IMG/VR virus record: IMGVR_UViG_3300012352_000441
Span: 1-30,617 of that record
Strand: one strand, 5' to 3'
Source: a virus
Lineage: Duplodnaviria; Caudoviricetes
DNA length: 30,617 bases
Position numbers and translations under genes: made by a program. The notes below the pieces were generated by a model that was given only the letters and a program-made list of their open reading frames with translations, was not told the origin of the DNA and did no database searches. Positions 25,243 through 30,617 of the stretch are shown here, in pieces. How positions within the stretch are numbered: the first letter of the stretch is position 1; every line of letters begins with the position of its first letter.

Positions 25243-25529
25243 AGCACATCGTTAGAAAGCGCGCCGAGCGCCTAGAGCCTTACCGCATTGTTGACGCGCA
25301 ATTTACTTACGGGCCCAAATGGTTTAAAGCTGACAACTACGAGCTGCACGGCTATTTAGCAGGTGAACGCGTCGACATGATTGAAGGCTTGACGCTTGAG
25401 CATTTTGACGAGCTGCACTACATTAGCAGAAGCCGAAACGCTAAGAATGATCGTGAGTTCGTTCACGTGGTCGGAACCCGTTACAAAGACAAAAAACAAA
25501 CAGTACTTATTTTAAAAGTGAAGTTATGA
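25236..25529 (+). CDS. Hypothetical protein (start reassigned to ATG 25236)
   Basis: MLEHIVRKRAERLEPYRIVDAQF...; overlaps the stop of the 29-aa ORF. Confidence 0.6.
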   Translation: MLEHIVRKRAERLEPYRIVDAQFTYGPKWFKADNYELHGYLAGERVDMIEGLTLEHFDELHYISRSRNAKNDREFVHVVGTRYKDKKQTVLILKVKL

Positions 25530-25738
25530 AACAAGCAAAAGTAAATTACAAAAAATTTGACATAGATTACACTAGCAACCTACTTAATAACCGCAGGGAA
25601 TACGCTATTTTCATGGCTAAATCAAATGAAAAGGTAAATTATTTGTACGAATCAAAAGAGAATATTTTAGGCTTTGAAAAGGAAATATCAATTACTGAGA
25701 TAAAAACTTTGAACGCAGAACTAATTTGGAAAAGATGA
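25526..25738 (+). CDS. Hypothetical protein
   Basis: 70 aa with ATGA overlaps at both ends. Confidence 0.6.
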   Translation: MKQAKVNYKKFDIDYTSNLLNNRREYAIFMAKSNEKVNYLYESKENILGFEKEISITEIKTLNAELIWKR

Positions 25739-25995
25739 GCACCCAAAAAGGACCTAAAACAAAGCGCGCTTACATTACGCTCGAATACTACAACACAACC
25801 AGCTTGGATAGTTCGTTAAGCAAACTACGCAAAGAGCTCTTAGAAGGCATTGAAAGCAGTAAAGAGGGCCATTCATACAACAAGCGCGACCTTCATTTTG
25901 AATTTAAACAGGTGTTTATCAACCCAACCGAGCGCGAGGCTATTGTTTCGATAGTTGACGGGCAACCGTGTGAATTAGTTAGGAGCAAGGTTTAA
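25735..25995 (+). CDS. Hypothetical protein
   Basis: ATG 25735 overlaps the previous stop; ends just before a promoter. Confidence 0.6.
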   Translation: MSTQKGPKTKRAYITLEYYNTTSLDSSLSKLRKELLEGIESSKEGHSYNKRDLHFEFKQVFINPTEREAIVSIVDGQPCELVRSKV

Positions 25996-26005
25996 GGAAA
26001 TTTTG

Positions 26006-26013
26006 TATATTTG
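26006..26013 (+). promoter_or_regulatory. -7 promoter element TATATTTG for the replication operon
   Basis: TAnnTTTG consensus directly upstream of the structured leader. Confidence 0.65.
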
Positions 26014-26017
26014 TGAA

Positions 26018-26112
26018 TGAGTTGGTCCGACACCATAAACTCAAAGATATTATTTAGCCCTTGTATTGAAGCGAAAGTCGGACCTCGCGGATTTACAGGG
26101 GCTTTTGCTTTT
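26018..26112 (+). ncRNA. Structured 5' leader: two hairpins with complementary loops, the second terminator-like
   Basis: Hairpin 1 TGAGTT/AACTCA plus GGT/ACC. Hairpin 2 AGCCCTTGTA/TACAGGGGCT plus GCGA/TCGC, then a T-tract. GGTCCGAC (26024-26031) is complementary to GTCGGACC (26077-26084). Confidence 0.6.
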
Positions 26113-26123
26113 AAAAAATTTAC

Positions 26124-27119
26124 ATGAGCGGTTGGATAAAATTACATCGAGCATTAAAAGATTGGGAATATTACGAAGACCACAACGCCACCCGCTTGCT
26201 TATTCATTTGCTTGTTTCGGTAAATTACGAAGACAAAAAGTGGAAAGATACCACGATTAAAGCTGGCACTTTGGTAACAAGTTGGCAGAATTTAGCCCAT
26301 GAAACAGGGTTAACTTTGAAGCAAATTAGGCTCGCAATGACCAAGTTGGAGAGGGCAGGGGAGACGGTAAGGAATGTGGCAGGTAAAGGGGCAGGTAAAT
26401 GGCAGGCTGTAACCCTAGTAAAATGGGACAAATTGCAGGGGTCAGATGACGAAGGAGGGCAGATAAAAGGGCAGGAAAAGGGCAGGACAAGGGAAGGGAA
26501 AAGGACACCAACTAAAGAAGTAAAGAATAAAGAAATAAAGAAAGAAGAAATAAATACTAATCCTACTAACGTAGAATTAGTATTGCACACAAAATTTGAT
26601 TTCTCAGGATTTAACGATTTTTCTTTCGCTTCAGATTTATGGAAAACTTGGATAGATTACAAAAGCGCTCAGCATCGCGATAAATTCAAAACGCCACAAT
26701 CGGAGCAAATGGCCATCAATGCCCTTCAAAAACTTTGTCGAGGTGATACATCCATTGCAAAGCAAATCATTGAGCAATCAATGTCGAATCTTTACAAAGG
26801 GCTATTTCCTTTGAAACAACAGCAATCAAATAACAATCAAATAACGACACAAAATGGAACACCAAAACAACAGCCTCACGCTTTCATCAGAAAAACTCTA
26901 CGAAATTTGGAGCGGCTCGGAACTTTCAATTCTCGACAAGTTGAAATCGCGGAATATTATCTTGAGCACGCAACAGGCCCAATCAATTCTGAAGAGTTCT
27001 TCGGAAAACTTGAGCAACTCGATTGGAGCAGCCCAGCGTTTTATCCTGAAAACATTAGAGATACGCTACGGCTTGGAGAGCGACAGGATAACCGACCTAC
27101 TTTTGAGCTCGATAATTGA
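26124..27119 (+). CDS. Phage replication initiator (replisome organizer/DnaD-like)
   Basis: MSGWIKLHR...WE.Y.D, G.LVTS...LA.ETGLT..QIR.A..KL HTH, K/E-rich linker, and W..WI.YK...IIEQS....YKGLF C-domain. Confidence 0.85.
   Translation: MSGWIKLHRALKDWEYYEDHNATRLLIHLLVSVNYEDKKWKDTTIKAGTLVTSWQNLAHETGLTLKQIRLAMTKLERAGETVRNVAGKGAGKWQAVTLVKWDKLQGSDDEGGQIKGQEKGRTREGKRTPTKEVKNKEIKKEEINTNPTNVELVLHTKFDFSGFNDFSFASDLWKTWIDYKSAQHRDKFKTPQSEQMAINALQKLCRGDTSIAKQIIEQSMSNLYKGLFPLKQQQSNNNQITTQNGTPKQQPHAFIRKTLRNLERLGTFNSRQVEIAEYYLEHATGPINSEEFFGKLEQLDWSSPAFYPENIRDTLRLGERQDNRPTFELDN
26353..26560 (+). repeat. Iteron-like GGCAGG repeats plus A-rich tract; putative replication origin inside the initiator gene
   Basis: GGCAGGTAAA x2 (26378, 26390), AAAAGGGCAGG x2 tandem (26465, 26476), variants at 26353, 26401, 26457 and 26487; A-rich 26511-26560. 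Confidence 0.6.
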
Positions 27120-27615
27120 CAGCTTGCTAAACACACGCGAACCGCTTTCGATAGACGACCTAACGGCTTGCTTTGAGTTTACACCAGTGCAAAAGATACC
27201 CGGGCAAAAGATGACCCTTGACGAGTTCATGACCCCCATTCGCCAATACATAACGACCAAGCAAATGCTAAAGCAGGTTGTATTGCAGCAGCACATCGAG
27301 AATACCAAGCAAGTTGCACAGGATGAAGCAGAGGAGCAATTTTTCCTGCGCGCCAAACAGAAGTATATTGACAGCCTAGAGTTCAATGAATGGATGGGAG
27401 ATATGTTTGAAGCCAAGGCGATAGCTGATAAGTTTTGGAGAGCCATGACCAAAGCCGAGCGCGATGCTTTACTCAAACATACAGCCGATATTTACTATCG
27501 AGAAAAGGCGGCAAATGATCAGGAGGGCGTTATCCCTAAAATCATGGCGAGTAAAAAGCACTATTTAGCTCACGAAGCTATTAAGCACGCTTGTAAAAAT
27601 GGGATACAATGGTAA
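26854..27615 (+). CDS. Hypothetical replication-associated protein (lambda-P-like position)
   Basis: 253 aa directly downstream of the initiator, overlapping it by 266 nt; A-rich leader before ATG 26854. Confidence 0.65.
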   Translation: MEHQNNSLTLSSEKLYEIWSGSELSILDKLKSRNIILSTQQAQSILKSSSENLSNSIGAAQRFILKTLEIRYGLESDRITDLLLSSIIDSLLNTREPLSIDDLTACFEFTPVQKIPGQKMTLDEFMTPIRQYITTKQMLKQVVLQQHIENTKQVAQDEAEEQFFLRAKQKYIDSLEFNEWMGDMFEAKAIADKFWRAMTKAERDALLKHTADIYYREKAANDQEGVIPKIMASKKHYLAHEAIKHACKNGIQW

Positions 27616-27632
27616 ATAAAAAAAACGATAAA

Positions 27633-27932
27633 ATGGAAAAAACAAAAATTTACATAGCAGGCCCGATTACGGGATACGACTTGAACGAAAGAAAAAGAGA
27701 ATTTGATTTTAATCAATCATTGCTAGAGGTAGAAGGATTTGAGGTGGTAAACCCAATGGCGTTGCCGCATAATCACGATAAAAGTTGGGAAAGCTATATG
27801 CGTGAGTGTATTGCGGCGCTGATTACTTGTGATGAAATATTTATGCTAAAAAATTGGAGAGCCTCCAAAGGCGCTAGAATTGAAATGTACATTGCATTTG
27901 AAATGGGCATGAAAATTATATTTGAAAAATAA
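27633..27932 (+). CDS. DUF4406-like protein (nucleoside deoxyribosyltransferase-like fold)
   Basis: KIYIAGPITG...F......L...G.EVVNP...W..YMR.CI..L..CD.I.ML..W..SKGA..E...A...G. Confidence 0.85.
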   Translation: MEKTKIYIAGPITGYDLNERKREFDFNQSLLEVEGFEVVNPMALPHNHDKSWESYMRECIAALITCDEIFMLKNWRASKGARIEMYIAFEMGMKIIFEK

Positions 27933-27936
27933 ACCA

Positions 27937-27954
27937 ACTATAAATAATTATACC
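27937..27954. promoter_or_regulatory. Operator-like site (15/18 match to the 24325 palindrome) between TATATTTG (27917) and TATATTTA (27955)
   Basis: ACTATAAATAATTATACC. Confidence 0.5.
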
Positions 27955-27987
27955 TATATTTACACCCATAACCAATATACAACAACA

Positions 27988-29919
27988 ATGAAAAAGCTAA
28001 TTTTAAGCAAGTTGCATGTACGCGACTTTAAGAAAATCAACGATTTAACGATTGATTTCGCGCAACAAACCACTATTGCCGGAACCAACGGCGTAGGCAA
28101 GTCAACCATCTTTGACGCTTACACGTGGTTACTCTACGGCAAGAACTCGCACGATCAACAAGATTTCAGTATTAAGCGCCTAGATTCTGACGGCAAAGTG
28201 ATTCACAACCTAGTTGCAAGCGTGCGCGGTGTGTTTATCCTAGACAAAGACGTTATCGAACTTGAACGTCGTTACAAAGAGAAGTGGACAAAGAAACGAG
28301 GTAACGAGCATGAAGAGCTCACAGGCCACACAACCGAGTATTTTATCGACCAAATCCCAAAGAGCAAGTCAGAGTTTGACACATACGTCAAAGGCATGAT
28401 TTCTGACACCATTGCAAAGGTCATCAGCTCACCGCTTTATTTCAACGAGAAAATGAAATGGCAGGAGCGCCGCGAGATTCTAACATCCATTGCAGGTGAT
28501 ACAACGCCCGAAGACGTGCTAAATTTTGCGCCTGACGAATTTAAAACAGCAAACGAACTGCTTGCTTTGCTTGAAGCGAGAAAGTCGCTTACAGACGAAA
28601 AAACGCGCATCGCATCGGAACGCAAAAGATTAAAGGAGCAACTAGACGGCATTGCACCCAAGATTGAGGAGCTTACAAGCATGACTGTAACCGAGTTGGA
28701 TGCTACTGAGCTAGATACCAAGAAAGCCGAACTAAACGCAGCTAAAGAGCAAATCAATAAGCAACTCGACGACATCGCCGAGCAGAACAAAGCCGAGCAA
28801 CAAAAGGTCATTGATAGTAACAATCATCTTTACAAATGGCAAGATGAGTACACCAAAGCAAAACGCGAGCTACTCAAAGACCATAACGACCGCGCGCAGG
28901 CATACGAGAAACGCAAAGCAGATTTGCGTCTAGAAATTCAAAAGATTGAATTTGCACTAAGCGAAAACGGCAGCGCTGAGAATCAAAACGAGGCGAATTT
29001 TCGAGTGCTTACGAACTTGCACGCTAAGCTCAAAGAAAAGTACCAAGCTGAGAAAGACAAGCAATTTACGTTTGTAGCGGAAAACTGCCCGTGTTGCCAG
29101 CGACCTATGGAATCAAACGAGCAAGAGCAACTCGAGAAATTCAATCTAGCCAAAGCCAACGCGATAAAGCAAATAGTTGCTGAGGCGCAGGATGTTAAAG
29201 TCAAGATGACTGAGTGTGTCGCGGTACTCGAAGCATGTACAAAAAAACAAGCCGACCTTGCAGCACAACTGAGCGCGAAAGAAACCTACCTCAAAGAAGT
29301 TGAAGCCTCATTTGTAATCGAGCAAGAGCCAAGCGACACTTCCGAAATGCTGGCATTGAAAAGAGCAATTGATACTTATAAGCCTTACACACCTGAGGCG
29401 GTTTGTAACAACGCACTAAAGCAAGAACGCGAGCAGCTCGATGAGCAAATCAAAGAGGTCGAGGCATCGCTTGCCAAGCTAAGTCACATTGCCGGAATAA
29501 ACACCCGTATCGCTGAGCTATCAGAAAACAAGCGCGTACTAGCGCAACAAATCGCAAGCCTTGAGCGCGTAGCTTTCCAAATTGACGCATACGAAAAAGC
29601 GCACATTGAGCTAGTTGAGAGCCGAGTAAACGCCAAGTTTGCTATTGTCAAGTGGAAAATGTTTGATGAGCAAATCAACGGAGGTCTGGCTCCAACGTGC
29701 GAGGCAACTGTAAACGGAACGCCTTATAACGATCTAAATACAGCCATGAAAATCAACGCTGGCCTTGACGTAATTAACGCGCTTAACTACCATTTCGGAA
29801 TGTTTGCACCTGTATTTATCGACGCACGCGAAAGCATTGTTGATATAATCGAAACGGACTGCCAAGTAATTAGCTTGCAGGTTGATAAGTCGTATAGTGA
29901 ATTGACTGTAATTGTGTAA
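27988..29919 (+). CDS. Rad50/SbcC-like AAA ATPase with coiled coil and zinc hook (start reassigned to ATG 27988)
   Basis: L.V.DFK, Walker A GTNGVGKST, central CPCC hook flanked by coiled coils, LN.AMKINAGL signature and Walker B PVFIDARES. Confidence 0.85.
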   Translation: MKKLILSKLHVRDFKKINDLTIDFAQQTTIAGTNGVGKSTIFDAYTWLLYGKNSHDQQDFSIKRLDSDGKVIHNLVASVRGVFILDKDVIELERRYKEKWTKKRGNEHEELTGHTTEYFIDQIPKSKSEFDTYVKGMISDTIAKVISSPLYFNEKMKWQERREILTSIAGDTTPEDVLNFAPDEFKTANELLALLEARKSLTDEKTRIASERKRLKEQLDGIAPKIEELTSMTVTELDATELDTKKAELNAAKEQINKQLDDIAEQNKAEQQKVIDSNNHLYKWQDEYTKAKRELLKDHNDRAQAYEKRKADLRLEIQKIEFALSENGSAENQNEANFRVLTNLHAKLKEKYQAEKDKQFTFVAENCPCCQRPMESNEQEQLEKFNLAKANAIKQIVAEAQDVKVKMTECVAVLEACTKKQADLAAQLSAKETYLKEVEASFVIEQEPSDTSEMLALKRAIDTYKPYTPEAVCNNALKQEREQLDEQIKEVEASLAKLSHIAGINTRIAELSENKRVLAQQIASLERVAFQIDAYEKAHIELVESRVNAKFAIVKWKMFDEQINGGLAPTCEATVNGTPYNDLNTAMKINAGLDVINALNYHFGMFAPVFIDARESIVDIIETDCQVISLQVDKSYSELTVIV

Positions 29920-29930
29920 GAAAAAAAATG

Positions 29931-29938
29931 TATTTTTG
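29931..29938 (+). promoter_or_regulatory. -7 promoter element TATTTTTG
   Basis: TAnnTTTG directly upstream of the structured HNH leader. Confidence 0.5.
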
Positions 29939-30027
29939 AATGAGGATAGCGCGGAGGTAATTAGCCGCGCGAAAAGCGAAGCGTTTACGCCTTCCTCATT
30001 TCTTTTTAAACGCTCAATTTAAACGCT
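29939..30027 (+). ncRNA. Three-way-junction leader with loop complementary to duplicated downstream sites
   Basis: AATGAGGA/TCCTCATT outer stem with inner GCGCGG/CCGCGC and GCG/CGC stems. Loop AGCGTTTA (29980-29987) is complementary to TAAACGCT at 30007-30014 and 30020-30027. Confidence 0.6.
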
Positions 30028-30032
30028 ATAAA

Positions 30033-30509
30033 ATGCAAAAAGAAGTCTGGAGGGATATTCCCAATTTTCAAGGAGCTTACCAAGTAAGTGATTTAGGCAA
30101 TGTTAAAAGCTTAAAATTTGGCAAGGAAAGAATTTTGAAGCCATCAGTACACAAAGATGGATACTTGTTTGTTACGCTTCACGGAAACAATTTAAGGAAG
30201 GTAAAATTAATTCACCATTTAGTAGCCGAGTCATTTTTAAATCATGTGCCAAATGGATTTAAAATGGTTATAGACCACATCAATGATATTCCAAATGACA
30301 ACCGATTAAGCAATTTGCAAATCGTAACACATAGATACAACATTTGCAAAACGCAAGGAAAGTATGCAAGTAGGTTTAAGGGCGTTTATAGGTCTGGCAA
30401 AAAGTGGAAATCTCAAATTGTGGTAAATAACGAGGTACTTTACTTGGGTACTTTCACCTGTGAAATAACAGCGCACTTGGCGTATAGTCAAAAATTAGCT
30501 ACTCTTTAG
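30033..30509 (+). CDS. NUMOD4-HNH-AP2 homing endonuclease
   Basis: EVWRDIP...G.YQVS.LG.VKS (NUMOD4), H.LVA..F, IDHIN..PNDNRL.NLQ.VT...N (HNH), and S.FKGV....KW..QI......YLG.F..E..A..AY (AP2-like). Confidence 0.9.
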   Translation: MQKEVWRDIPNFQGAYQVSDLGNVKSLKFGKERILKPSVHKDGYLFVTLHGNNLRKVKLIHHLVAESFLNHVPNGFKMVIDHINDIPNDNRLSNLQIVTHRYNICKTQGKYASRFKGVYRSGKKWKSQIVVNNEVLYLGTFTCEITAHLAYSQKLATL

Positions 30510-30519
30510 TATAAAACTC

Positions 30520-30539
30520 ACTATAAATACTTATATTTG
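30520..30539 (+). promoter_or_regulatory. Promoter TATATTTG (30532-30539) overlapped by operator-like site (16/18 match)
   Basis: ACTATAAATACTTATATT at 30520-30537; 10 nt upstream of the tRNA-like 5' end. Confidence 0.65.
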
Positions 30540-30549
30540 TTAAAATTTT

Positions 30550-30617
30550 AGTCAGGTGGCGGAATTGGTAGACGCTACAAGCACCGTAGTGGAGAGCCTA
30601 CAAGGTAATTGAAGTGG
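30550..30617 (+). tRNA. tRNA-like RNA, 5' part (continues at 56-85)
   Basis: AGTCAGG-TG-GCGGAATTGGTAGACGC is a Leu-type acceptor strand plus D-arm. Confidence 0.75.
30563..30617. repeat. 55-bp terminal overlap (right copy)
   Basis: Identical to 1-55. Confidence 0.95.

Noticed and set aside
13-30491. Minus-strand ORFs in the track (e.g. 557-1003, 14499-14987, 18775-19224, 28437-28823)
   Set aside because: They are shadows of well-supported + strand genes or of non-coding structure, with no recognisable motifs or promoters.
239-30509. Stop-codon reassignment as in some Bacteroidota phages
   Set aside because: Standard code 11 gives full-length, densely packed genes, and no suppressor anticodon is present.

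Overview
The window is a complete, apparently circular ~30.56-kb tailed-phage genome (positions 1-55 are identical to 30563-30617). Its host is very probably in the Bacteroidota, given the TAnnTTTG promoters, A-rich leaders without Shine-Dalgarno sites and a DUF4494-like gene. All credible genes are on the + strand. Early/middle region (24.3 kb through the junction to 3.7 kb): small membrane proteins, a replication initiator with internal iterons, a DUF4406-like gene, a Rad50/SbcC-like ATPase, a NUMOD4-HNH-AP2 endonuclease, a tRNA-like RNA, RecT, an MBL-fold nuclease and a Cro-like HTH. Late region: a sigma-like regulator, TerS/TerL, a frameshifting tail chaperone, tail genes, tape measure, protease, scaffold, capsid, tail tube, an extended portal, adaptor/terminator, a lectin-like tail protein, then holin, u-spanin-like protein and endolysin. 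No integrase, DNA polymerase, reverse transcriptase or CRISPR array was seen. The most unusual signals are non-coding: (i) a Leu-type tRNA scaffold without a canonical anticodon arm; (ii) a post-endolysin array of hairpin-capped segments that look antisense to translation-start regions, one with 13-nt perfect complementarity to the ATPase leader; (iii) two structured leaders with loop-based pairings ahead of the initiator and HNH genes; (iv) an 18-bp operator-like palindrome at three early promoters; (v) a repeated candidate late-promoter motif. All protein calls come from motif recognition by eye; no database searches were run.
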